From Candidatus Woesearchaeota archaeon (GTDB lineage Archaea > Nanobdellota > Nanobdellia > Woesearchaeales > JABGUJ01), in contig JABGUJ010000003.1 of the NCBI GenBank assembly GCA_018646625.1, positions 142,355-206,354 on the forward strand: a stretch of 64,000 nt of DNA, written 5' to 3'. A program made the position numbers and the translations under genes. The first letter of the stretch is position 1. Every line of letters starts with the position of its first letter. The notes under the pieces are model-generated. The model was not told the DNA's origin, did no database searches, and saw only the letters and a list, made by a program, of their open reading frames with translations. Below are positions 17,339 to 26,288 of this stretch, piece by piece.

Positions 17339-18537
17339 TAATCTTAATTTTGACATTAGCATTAATCCTCACACTGGTTGGCTGCAAACAGATTGAAGAA
17401 CAAAAAAGTGAAAATATAATAGAAACCCCAATACCAGAAATAAACAAAACCATACCTGAAAGAATACAAGAACCACTAATTAAAGAAGAAACAAAAGCAG
17501 AAGAAATAATTTCTAAAGCAACCACAATAAAAGAAATTCCTACAGAGATCGAAAACAACTGTATAGGTTTTCTGAGTGGAGATCCTGAAGAAACCATGAG
17601 AATTTCATCAACAGGAGGAGCATGGGTAAGACCACACATAGGAGCATTTGTATGGGGTTACATAGAAGAAAGAGGGTATTCAGAAACTGACAAGTGGGTA
17701 AAAGAATCACAAAAAAACAATGTCGCTATGCTGGCCACATTATGGCCTTATTATAATAAAGATCAAGAAACATGTCACAATAATTGCGATGTATCTAAAA
17801 AGGACGTCTTCTACCCGATGGATGGCCACGGATTACCAAGTTCAAGATGCGCCCCATGTAATTACGAAGATTACAAAACATTTCTTAAAGCACTTATCGA
17901 AAGATATGATGGAGATGGCATAAATGACATGCCAGATCTAGTAATACCAATCAAATACTGGGAAATCATGAATGAACCAGAAATGCAGAGTTCATCCTTA
18001 ACATTCTTCAAAGGAACACCAGAAGATTACATTGAAATTTTAAAAGTAAGTAAAGAAGTTATTAAAGAAGAATGTCCTACTTGCTTTATTGTACAAGGAG
18101 GGGCTGCCGGAAGCAGAGAGACACTCACATATTGGAGAAACATATTCGAATTAGGTGGAGATGCTTATTTTGATATTGCAAATAACCATTTTGTAAATCA
18201 TGGCGACCTAGAAACATTAAATGTACGAGAATACAAATCATTAATGGATGAATACAATATAGACAAACCACTATGGATCACCGAAGTCTCGTTTCGTCCC
18301 GAAAATCCGGTTGAAGTTGTTCAAGGTGCTTTAAATGCGGGGGCCTCAAGAATATTCTTTTCACAATTCCCTATAAGCGGCAAAGAATGGATAACCGATG
18401 AGAAACCACCAGTAATAGAGCACAAAGGGAAAAAAGAAAATGGAATTGATTATCAACATAAAAAAAATTTTGGAACAAAGAAACTTCCTGAAGAAGATCT
18501 CATAATATACAAAAAAATTATAGAACTATGCAAATAG
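17326..18537 (+). CDS. Secreted lipoprotein, clan GH-A glycoside hydrolase (GH5/GH39-like)
   Basis: Lipobox LVGC; ERYDGDG..DMP, YWEIMNEPE (acid/base Glu), KPLWITE (nucleophile Glu). Confidence 0.85.
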   Translation: MENKIILILTLALILTLVGCKQIEEQKSENIIETPIPEINKTIPERIQEPLIKEETKAEEIISKATTIKEIPTEIENNCIGFLSGDPEETMRISSTGGAWVRPHIGAFVWGYIEERGYSETDKWVKESQKNNVAMLATLWPYYNKDQETCHNNCDVSKKDVFYPMDGHGLPSSRCAPCNYEDYKTFLKALIERYDGDGINDMPDLVIPIKYWEIMNEPEMQSSSLTFFKGTPEDYIEILKVSKEVIKEECPTCFIVQGGAAGSRETLTYWRNIFELGGDAYFDIANNHFVNHGDLETLNVREYKSLMDEYNIDKPLWITEVSFRPENPVEVVQGALNAGASRIFFSQFPISGKEWITDEKPPVIEHKGKKENGIDYQHKKNFGTKKLPEEDLIIYKKIIELCK

Positions 18538-18559
18538 ACATCCGATAACAAAAAAATCA

Positions 18560-18591
18560 AATTAAAGAGGTACATCAAATGGAAAACAAGA
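18560..18591 (+). repeat. 32-bp perfect direct repeat, copy 2
   Basis: Identical to 17307-17338. Confidence 0.92.
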
Positions 18592-18854
18592 AAGAGTTCA
18601 CCACAGAAGAAGCAAAAGAGATTGGAGAAAAACTAGATATAAAATGGGATAGATTTAATGTTGAACAATTCAAAAAAGGAATGAACGTTGAATTAGAACA
18701 CGGAAACATAGACACAGATACTAACGTATCCAATGATGATCCTCTAACAACTGGAAAAATTGCCTTAGCGCATCTTAACGAATTTCCAGACTACTACGAC
18801 AGATTAGAAAAAATGGAAGAAGAAGCAGAAGAATACTGGGATAAAAAAGAATAA
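18579..18854 (+). CDS. DUF5661 family protein
   Basis: QFKKGMNVELEHG, TGKIALAHLNEFPDYYDRL..ME. Confidence 0.85.
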   Translation: MENKKEFTTEEAKEIGEKLDIKWDRFNVEQFKKGMNVELEHGNIDTDTNVSNDDPLTTGKIALAHLNEFPDYYDRLEKMEEEAEEYWDKKE

Positions 18855-18856
18855 TC

Positions 18857-19711
18857 CTACATTTGAGAAATAATTGATTGATTTATCTGTTTAGCCATCT
18901 CTAAATTTTTAATCACAGTTAGTTTAACTTCAACCTTTCTACCTACTAAATCAGATAGTTCCTTCAAATTAAAATTCTTAATAGTCTTATTTCGCTTAAA
19001 GAATAAATCCAAATCCTTTACCAACTCATCAGGATACTGAGCTTGAATAATCAGATCACCATACGTTCCAACATAATAACTTTTATCAAATGATGAAGAA
19101 GAGGAACTTATCGTAACCTTCATTCCAATCTCTTTGTAAAAAGTTCTAATATTTCTATCTAAGGGAGTGTTCCCCGTACTCAGAATATAGGATCGGATTC
19201 TTTTCTTCTTTAACTGACCCATGAGCTCTTTCTCTCTATCGAGATGCAAAAGCCCCTCCCAAGTATGAGCTGCTTGATAACAATTAACATTATAATCACC
19301 TTTACGAAAATTCACATACCAATCCTCTATCAGATCTTGCCAGAATTTCATTAACTTATTGAGAGAACTAAAAGTAAAAACGGACACACCTTCACTAATA
19401 GAATGTATATTCTTTGGAGAAACAGGATTGCGATTAAGTTTTTTTGATAAATCATCCAATAATAACTTTGTCTCACTCACCCATTTTTTATTTATAGAAA
19501 AAGCATCATCTTTCTTAATCAAAACTGATTCAGATACCAACTCTAAAACTGCTTTTCTAACCGCTTGAAAAGTTACAGACCGGCCATATCGCTTCTTAAT
19601 ATAATTAGTCAATTGTATTATTCTCAAAGGGTACTCGCTACTTAAAATTGTAAAAACAAGATCCTTTACGCCATTCTTCTTACCGAAAGGTAAACTAGTT
19701 TTAAGAGCCAT
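18857..19711 (-). CDS. Putative winged-helix transcriptional regulator
   Basis: N-terminal VFTILS...L....L...IKKRYGRSVTFQAVRKAV.EL wHTH; start reassigned to ATG 19711. Confidence 0.7.
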   Translation of the reverse strand: MALKTSLPFGKKNGVKDLVFTILSSEYPLRIIQLTNYIKKRYGRSVTFQAVRKAVLELVSESVLIKKDDAFSINKKWVSETKLLLDDLSKKLNRNPVSPKNIHSISEGVSVFTFSSLNKLMKFWQDLIEDWYVNFRKGDYNVNCYQAAHTWEGLLHLDREKELMGQLKKKRIRSYILSTGNTPLDRNIRTFYKEIGMKVTISSSSSSFDKSYYVGTYGDLIIQAQYPDELVKDLDLFFKRNKTIKNFNLKELSDLVGRKVEVKLTVIKNLEMAKQINQSIISQM

Positions 19712-19746
19712 TAAACCTAATAGTTCAACCAAATACTTAAACCTTT

Positions 19747-19768
19747 TGGTTCAATAATAATTGAACCA
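19747..19768. promoter_or_regulatory. Palindromic operator between the divergent regulator and SDR genes
   Basis: TGGTTCAAT-N4-ATTGAACCA, perfect 9-bp arms. Confidence 0.6.
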
Positions 19769-19802
19769 CACATTATTAGACCACAATTGACCTTACCATC
19801 AA

Positions 19803-20528
19803 ATGGTAAAAACACAATTAGTGGTTATTTCAGGAGTTACAGGATCTCTAGGTCAGGCATATGCTACACATTACCATGCCCAAGATTGTAAAGTTGTAGG
19901 ACTCTCAAGACAACCCGCATCACAAAAACTTGAATCAGTTGACCACCTAGTCGCAGACCTATTAGATAAAAAAACCACCACAGAAACAATTAACAGAATA
20001 TCGCTCGAAAATATCACAAATATTTTAGTGATTCATCCAGTAGGGAGATTCATATTTGAAAATGAATTCAGAGAAATAGACCCAAAGATATATGCCTCAA
20101 ACGTTGAAACCTTTAAGAATGTAGCAAGACCATTAATAAGAAGTCAAATACCCGCCACATTAGTTGGATTTGGTTCGATAAGCGACAAATACAACATTCC
20201 ATTCTGGGGATCATACTCGAGATCAAAAAGAGCTTTAAGAGAATACATGCAAACCTTAGCATACAACAATGATAACATCAGAAGTGTATTTCTCAATTTA
20301 AGCTCAGTAAAAACATTAAATGAATCAAGACTAAGACCCTTTGCAGATACAAGTTACTGGCTCACACCTGAAGAAATAATAGAACGTTCAGTACACGAAT
20401 TAACATTCAGAGGAAAATGGAAAGAAGTTGATATATTCAATCTATCTCCAGATTTCTCTCCAGAGATATACACAGATCATCAAAGACTTAAAGAGAGATG
20501 GTTAAAAGAAATGTATGGAGAGATATGA
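19803..20528 (+). CDS. Short-chain dehydrogenase/reductase family protein
   Basis: VISGVTGSLG Rossmann motif; FGS; YSRSK (YxxxK). Confidence 0.82.
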   Translation: MVKTQLVVISGVTGSLGQAYATHYHAQDCKVVGLSRQPASQKLESVDHLVADLLDKKTTTETINRISLENITNILVIHPVGRFIFENEFREIDPKIYASNVETFKNVARPLIRSQIPATLVGFGSISDKYNIPFWGSYSRSKRALREYMQTLAYNNDNIRSVFLNLSSVKTLNESRLRPFADTSYWLTPEEIIERSVHELTFRGKWKEVDIFNLSPDFSPEIYTDHQRLKERWLKEMYGEI

Positions 20529-20576
20529 ATCGATTATTTCGAAAGCATTATTAATCAACAAGAGTTAAATCAACCA

Positions 20577-21320
20577 ATGCCGGAGATATTCACATTAATT
20601 ACTGTTTTCTTGATAGGAATCGCAGCCAGTTACATAGGAGCAATAGCGGGCGGCGGAGGATTAATCTCAATACCCTTTCTAATATTCACAGGATTACCAC
20701 CCCACGTTGCAATAGCCACAAACAAATTAGGGGCACTAGGATTAAACATAGCAGTCATTCCAAAATTCTGGAAAGAAAAACAAATAGTTTGGAAGTATGT
20801 ATTACCTTTCACAATCATAGGCATATTCGGCGCATTCATCGGTGCAAGCCTACTAATACAAATAAACAAAGACGCAATCACAAAAGTTGTTGGAATTCTA
20901 ATATTACTATTACTTCCATTATTTTTCTTAAAAAAAGAACTAGGAACTAAAAGAATCAAAGTTGGCAAAGTAAAACTATTCTTTGGCTACATAGCTTACA
21001 CCCTATTAATGATCTTCGGCGGATTCTTTGGAGCAGCAGGAGCAATAAGATCCTTCATCTTAATGTATTTCTTTGGCGTTACAATCATAGAATCTAATGC
21101 AACACACAGAATACCTTGGCTAATTGGAACAATCATCGCACTCTCCGTTTTCATGTATAATGGAATTGTGAATTATTCTTCAGGTATCGCATTATGCCTC
21201 GGAATGGCGATTGGTGGTTATCTTGGAGCACACACCGCAGTTAAAAAAGGAAATCAGTGGGTAAAAGCGTTCTTCACTGTAATTGTAATAATATCTGCAA
21301 TCAAAATATTATTCTTTTAA
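20577..21320 (+). CDS. TauE/SafE (TSUP) family transporter
   Basis: AGGGGLISIPFL...GLPPHVAIATNK; GGYLGA. Confidence 0.9.
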   Translation: MPEIFTLITVFLIGIAASYIGAIAGGGGLISIPFLIFTGLPPHVAIATNKLGALGLNIAVIPKFWKEKQIVWKYVLPFTIIGIFGAFIGASLLIQINKDAITKVVGILILLLLPLFFLKKELGTKRIKVGKVKLFFGYIAYTLLMIFGGFFGAAGAIRSFILMYFFGVTIIESNATHRIPWLIGTIIALSVFMYNGIVNYSSGIALCLGMAIGGYLGAHTAVKKGNQWVKAFFTVIVIISAIKILFF

Positions 21321-21402
21321 GAACAACATAAACATTTAAAACTTCAAACCAATTCAAAGTCAAAGAAAAGTAATTATATAGTTAAGAAACGGAGGTTAAA
21401 AA

Positions 21403-21603
21403 ATGAAAAAAATAATCATTGGTGTTATGGTAATAATAATATTATTAGTCACATTAACAGGATGTACAGATCCAGCAGTGTGTGGAAACAATCGCGTAGA
21501 ATCTGGAGAAGGTTGCGACAATTCACAATGTCCATCAGGAAGTATTTGTGAAAATTGCAGATGCAATTCATTACCACAACCACCAGCATTACCGGAGGAA
21601 TAA
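21403..21603 (+). CDS. Small Cys-rich lipoprotein
   Basis: Lipobox LTGC; CGNNRVESGEGCD motif (DUF4215-like); GGAGGT SD. Confidence 0.75.
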   Translation: MKKIIIGVMVIIILLVTLTGCTDPAVCGNNRVESGEGCDNSQCPSGSICENCRCNSLPQPPALPEE

Positions 21604-21606
21604 AAG

Positions 21607-22920
21607 ATGAAGAAAATTATCATACTATTAGGAATAATGATATTATGTTCTACTTTAGTATTGGCAGCCTATACAGACTATGAAAACTTAGGATCATCAG
21701 GCGACTATAAAGTAACATATACAGAAGTAATCAACAAAGGATGGAACTTATTACCTGCAGATTACGGCGCATGGTCCATAACTAGCGAAATGTCTGAAGC
21801 AAATATCGCAAAAATAAAAGCATATTACATGTACTTCCCAGTACACAAGGAATATGTTCTAGCATTAAGCGGATTTAGCGGACAAGATCTTCAGAAACTA
21901 CAATCTAATCAAAACTATTTACAATCGTCTGCAGCATGGTTCTATGTAACTGAACCGTTCACTCTTAGTTATGTCGCAGAAAATGGTGGAGGAATGCCTG
22001 AACTATACAAAGGCTGGAACTTCTTAACCATAGGTCCTGAACTAACAGTGCTTAACAAAGATGTAAAAAACAGCAATAAGTTCCCAACAGGGGATTGTGA
22101 AGTTCAAAAGATGCACTTTTGGGATAGCTCCAAACAAAACTGGGACAACCCGTTTGGCTCAAACAACATACAAGATAATTTAGATGAATTGGCAGATGAC
22201 GATGCAGTGGGTGCTGGAATCGTAATAAAAGTCAAAGAGTCCTGCCAATTAGGTGTTAACGGCGCCACAATGGGTCCACCACCTTTGCCGGATTCAGACA
22301 ATACTGAAACCGAAGCAGACACATCTACAGAATCATCAGAGAAAACATGTACAGATACAGATGATAATGGCCCTTACAATGATGACCCTAATAGAAACAA
22401 AGTAAAGGGAACCACTACAGGCTACTGGAAAATACTGCCAAACGACTATAAGAAAACCAAAAATGGAAAGGTTGCCTATGAAAGCGTAACTGATTATTGT
22501 TTAGGTGAAGATGAATGGCAAGCAGGAAAACTGATTGAAACATATTGTGCAGGAAACGACGTTGCAACATACATAGTAACATCTTGTAGTGACGGTACAT
22601 ACTGTAAAAAAGGCGCATGTACTTCATGTTCAGGTAATTCCTGTCCAGACTGTTATGATTCAGATGATAGTATTGAAGAATTCTCATCAGGAACTACAAC
22701 AGGTTTAAGCCAGAACAACATCTTCATAACAAGATCAGATGAATGTATTAATCTGGGAGGAACAGAATTCGCCAACGGTCAAGTGATTGTTGGATCAAGT
22801 GCAGTTACAGAATATAGCTGTAATAACGAAGTTGTTGGTGCAAGCCAAATAACTTGTGAATTCGGATGTAACTCAGGAAGATGTATGGATGAAGACGAAA
22901 CTAACTCATGGTTGAGTTAG
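21607..22920 (+). CDS. Secreted Cys-rich surface protein
   Basis: Signal peptide; two KGWN[LF]L repeats; two C.D[ST]D..G.T.G..D.C..E..C modules. Confidence 0.8.
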   Translation: MKKIIILLGIMILCSTLVLAAYTDYENLGSSGDYKVTYTEVINKGWNLLPADYGAWSITSEMSEANIAKIKAYYMYFPVHKEYVLALSGFSGQDLQKLQSNQNYLQSSAAWFYVTEPFTLSYVAENGGGMPELYKGWNFLTIGPELTVLNKDVKNSNKFPTGDCEVQKMHFWDSSKQNWDNPFGSNNIQDNLDELADDDAVGAGIVIKVKESCQLGVNGATMGPPPLPDSDNTETEADTSTESSEKTCTDTDDNGPYNDDPNRNKVKGTTTGYWKILPNDYKKTKNGKVAYESVTDYCLGEDEWQAGKLIETYCAGNDVATYIVTSCSDGTYCKKGACTSCSGNSCPDCYDSDDSIEEFSSGTTTGLSQNNIFITRSDECINLGGTEFANGQVIVGSSAVTEYSCNNEVVGASQITCEFGCNSGRCMDEDETNSWLS

Positions 22921-22943
22921 ATTTTTTTATTTTTTCTTTTTCT
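22921..22943 (+). terminator. Oligo-T terminator
   Basis: T-rich tract directly after the stop at 22920. Confidence 0.55.
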
Positions 22944-22999
22944 AAAGAAGATCATTTTCTTAGAAATCTTTATATACAACACAAACCCTATATCGCAAC

Positions 23000-23821
23000 A
23001 TGAACTATAGATTAAAGAATATTTGTGAAGTGAACAACGAGTTAAAAATACAACTAAAAAAGTTAAATGCACAATCCGAAGAATTAAGTAATACAATTCA
23101 TAAAATTAGTGTGTCCGATGAAGGCCTAGAGAAGACTCTTAAAGTTGAATCCGAGATTATGACCGCCATAACTACTAAAGCAAAGCTTTTACCTAATAAT
23201 CGAAACCAACTCGTGCATTCATTTTCACAAATAATACAATTCGTTATTGATCAGATAGATAGTAACAAGATTACAAACAACACAGTTGAGAAAGATCAAC
23301 TATTATTCAACAAGATTGCGGATCTAAGTTACCGTTTTGAATCATTTTACAAAGATAATAAAGAACAGTTTATGTTATTTGAAAACATAAGAAATTTATT
23401 GAGAAATTTGGCAGGAATTCTTCTTGGAGATAAATACATAAAATACAATCAAATGACTGTTCCCGCATTCCATATAACTTTCGATTTTAAAACACAAGAT
23501 AGAAATAAAATCACGAATAAAGACTTCATTAAAGATTTCATAATTAAGACAATAAAAGCACTTGATATGAATATCCTTCACGGACCTAACTTGATGGAAG
23601 GTGGCCCAAAGAATCCAGGCATTACCGGCTTTGCCGTTATAGACTTTTCTCATATCGCCATTCATACGTTCCTATTACCGCACAGCATAGAAAATGAAGT
23701 TTTTATGGACATTTTTTCGTGTAAACCATACAATAAAGAAAAAGTTGTTGAATCTATTGAACAAGAATTTAATGTAGAAAATCACAAAGTAAATTACGAA
23801 GTTCTTTCATTCGGAGAATAA
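23000..23821 (+). CDS. Pyruvoyl-dependent S-adenosylmethionine decarboxylase-like domain fused to a helical N-terminal domain
   Basis: GITGFAVIDFSHIAIHTF and DIFSCKPY in the C-terminal 120 aa; about 150 aa helical N-extension. Confidence 0.75.
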   Translation: MNYRLKNICEVNNELKIQLKKLNAQSEELSNTIHKISVSDEGLEKTLKVESEIMTAITTKAKLLPNNRNQLVHSFSQIIQFVIDQIDSNKITNNTVEKDQLLFNKIADLSYRFESFYKDNKEQFMLFENIRNLLRNLAGILLGDKYIKYNQMTVPAFHITFDFKTQDRNKITNKDFIKDFIIKTIKALDMNILHGPNLMEGGPKNPGITGFAVIDFSHIAIHTFLLPHSIENEVFMDIFSCKPYNKEKVVESIEQEFNVENHKVNYEVLSFGE

Positions 23822-23879
23822 AAAAACACCACCAATTCTAAGAATCATCATAGCAACTCCAGTCGCAAGTTCAATTCAG

Positions 23880-24566
23880 TCATAAAATCAATACTCGCCC
23901 TTGATACCATATAATATACAAACCAGCCAGCACTACTATCACACCACCAACTCGATTCAAATAAGGCATGACTTTACTAACAGAAGAACGAAGAAAATCT
24001 TTTGCAAAGACAGCAAGAAGATAGAAAACCAACATGAACATACTCATACCTACAGCATAAGAAACAAAATAAGAGAGTCCAACAACAAATGATCCCGATT
24101 GTAATGCAGAAGTTGCAACAACTAAAAAAAGCGGAAACAAGCAAGCCAGAGATCCAATACCATAACTCACACCGAACAAATAGCTTTCAATCAGAAGGTT
24201 CTTAGATTTTGTTCTAGAACCATGAAAAGAGAAACTCAAAGCCTTACCTTTAATCATAAACAAACCAAGAACTACAATAACAACGCCCAAGATAACTCCT
24301 AAGTACACAATAACTTTCTTTACAACACTTGCAAAAAGCATAATTGCGAAACTAGCTATACCATACACTGATGCTATTCCTAAAATAGTTAAAAAAGAAA
24401 GAAGAAGAGCTCTCTTAAGGAGCCGTCCTTTAGTTTGCTCACCCTTATCTAGATTCCTAGCTACGAATGCTGACAAGTAACCCGGAAGCAACGCTACCGC
24501 GCAAGGCGCAAAGAAAGCAAGCACCCCTTGTACAAAGGAAAAGCCTAGTAAGACCGAGTCAATCAT
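23880..24566 (-). CDS. ccdA: CcdA/DsbD-type transmembrane electron transporter
   Basis: AFFAPCAVALLPGY and SLACLFPLF cysteines; 6 TM helices. Confidence 0.88.
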   Translation of the reverse strand: MIDSVLLGFSFVQGVLAFFAPCAVALLPGYLSAFVARNLDKGEQTKGRLLKRALLLSFLTILGIASVYGIASFAIMLFASVVKKVIVYLGVILGVVIVVLGLFMIKGKALSFSFHGSRTKSKNLLIESYLFGVSYGIGSLACLFPLFLVVATSALQSGSFVVGLSYFVSYAVGMSMFMLVFYLLAVFAKDFLRSSVSKVMPYLNRVGGVIVVLAGLYIIWYQGRVLIL

Positions 24567-24568
24567 TT

Positions 24569-25114
24569 TTACAGTTGCTCAAAAAAAGCCCTCCACCCAT
24601 CATCAGTCAATGCACCATCATGCCTACTTACGACTTTTCCTGTTTCATCAATCGCAAACTTCGCAGTCTGTTTTTTCACACCATACTTAATAGCCAACTG
24701 AGGATTACCAGGAGACATATCAAAAATAATGTTTCTATCTTCACGCAAGTCTTTAAGTACATCAACCGTATCAGTTGGATCTACCGAAACCGCAACAAAA
24801 TTAACCTTGTTTTTGTAGTCAGGATATACATCATTCAACGCAGCCCAGTTTTTTGCACAAGTAGAACAGGTACTTGACATGAAGTACAAAACCGTAGGCA
24901 AACCTTGATTCTTATTTTCAGTCAAGCTCACAGTATCACCATCTATAGTCTCAATTGAGAATTCATATGCCTCAGCCAAATCAACAGTTTCCTTAACAAG
25001 ATTTCCTTCGATACTTGCAATGTTTGATCCATAGCCTCCAACACTCATTCCACTGAAGAAAGAGAGCAGACCAACAACCACCACTGCAGTAATCCAATAA
25101 ATAGTTTTATTCAT
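24569..25114 (-). CDS. Membrane-anchored TlpA/ResA-like thioredoxin-fold redoxin
   Basis: N-terminal TM helix; PTVLYF...CSTC; VAVSVDP. Confidence 0.85.
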   Translation of the reverse strand: MNKTIYWITAVVVVGLLSFFSGMSVGGYGSNIASIEGNLVKETVDLAEAYEFSIETIDGDTVSLTENKNQGLPTVLYFMSSTCSTCAKNWAALNDVYPDYKNKVNFVAVSVDPTDTVDVLKDLREDRNIIFDMSPGNPQLAIKYGVKKQTAKFAIDETGKVVSRHDGALTDDGWRAFFEQL

Positions 25115-25216
25115 TTTAGTTTACCTCACAAAAATTAATCAAATTTGTAGAAATATAGAGCCGAATCAGAGATATAAATAAATATTAAAAACAGTTAAAA
25201 AATAGTTAAAGAACAG

Positions 25217-26278
25217 TTAAAAATCAACTTTAGACGTCAGATTTACTAGCTTATCCCTTCCATCCTTTTCAAGCTCAATATATCCTTTTTCTTTCAAAAT
25301 CTTAATTCTTGAAATGGCTGTTGGATGAGTAATATCCAAGCTTTTCCTTATATCCGTCATAGTGGTTTTTCGTTTTTTAAGCGCATTATTCTTAACTAAG
25401 TTAATTACATCAAGATGCTCCTGTTTTAGCAGCTTAGACTCAATACTAGTTCTTTCAGCGGGTTTTCTATTTGCTACCGCCTCAACCACACTAAATACAT
25501 TATTAAGATTGGTTTGTAAATCTGAGATCTCGGATATATCTTCAGAAGACTTAATTCGTATCTTAAAATTCCCATCTACAAAAGTATCAATCTTATCAAT
25601 CATCTCGCGAATCGGTTTAACAAGCACCAAGCTGAAACTTCTGATTCTAAACAGCAACACAACCAAGAAAATCACTATCAAAGCAAACAGAAAGAAAAAA
25701 TAAACCCGTGATTGAAACAATAACTTTGTTCTCAAAACCTTGTTTCTTTTATCTACATTATCTACAATATCAGTAAATTTGTTAACTGCTTCTCTAAAAA
25801 GAGTCCCATGTTCATCAAGCAACGCATTCTTCTCTAAAGTTAGATTTTCGTTCGTTGCCAACTCTTTTTTATGCAAAATAAGCAACTTATTTCTTGCCGC
25901 TTCGACATCATGATGTAGCTCATTAGCTAGACCATACTGATCAATAGTATTCTGATCTGAGATAACACCAAGCACAATCAAAGTTTGCAAATCATCTTCA
26001 ACCCTTGCACACCTCAAATCAGATATCTCAACCTCTTTATCATAATCGAGCGCTTCATTATAATTCTGCGTATTAAGATAATCTAACAATAAAATATTAT
26101 CCTGATACACATCCAAAAGCATATGATCCATCGCTTTCAAAGTTGGTTCCGCTTCATTTATCAAAGAATTAAGCGACACATTAAATCTAAAGAAAGTAAA
26201 TGTAACCAACAAAATTATCACAGCAAATATTACCACAAATGTTACAAGATCCGCAGTTAATTTATGCTTAAGTTTCAT
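25217..26278 (-). CDS. Membrane one-component regulator: TM - extracellular helical sensor - TM - HAMP - winged HTH
   Basis: Two TM helices; KPIREM....F.DGNF..RI....EISDL HAMP; TMTDIRKSLDITHPTAISRIKILKEKGYI....DGRDKLV wHTH. Confidence 0.75.
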   Translation of the reverse strand: MKLKHKLTADLVTFVVIFAVIILLVTFTFFRFNVSLNSLINEAEPTLKAMDHMLLDVYQDNILLLDYLNTQNYNEALDYDKEVEISDLRCARVEDDLQTLIVLGVISDQNTIDQYGLANELHHDVEAARNKLLILHKKELATNENLTLEKNALLDEHGTLFREAVNKFTDIVDNVDKRNKVLRTKLLFQSRVYFFFLFALIVIFLVVLLFRIRSFSLVLVKPIREMIDKIDTFVDGNFKIRIKSSEDISEISDLQTNLNNVFSVVEAVANRKPAERTSIESKLLKQEHLDVINLVKNNALKKRKTTMTDIRKSLDITHPTAISRIKILKEKGYIELEKDGRDKLVNLTSKVDF

Positions 26279-26288
26279 ACTCAAAAAA

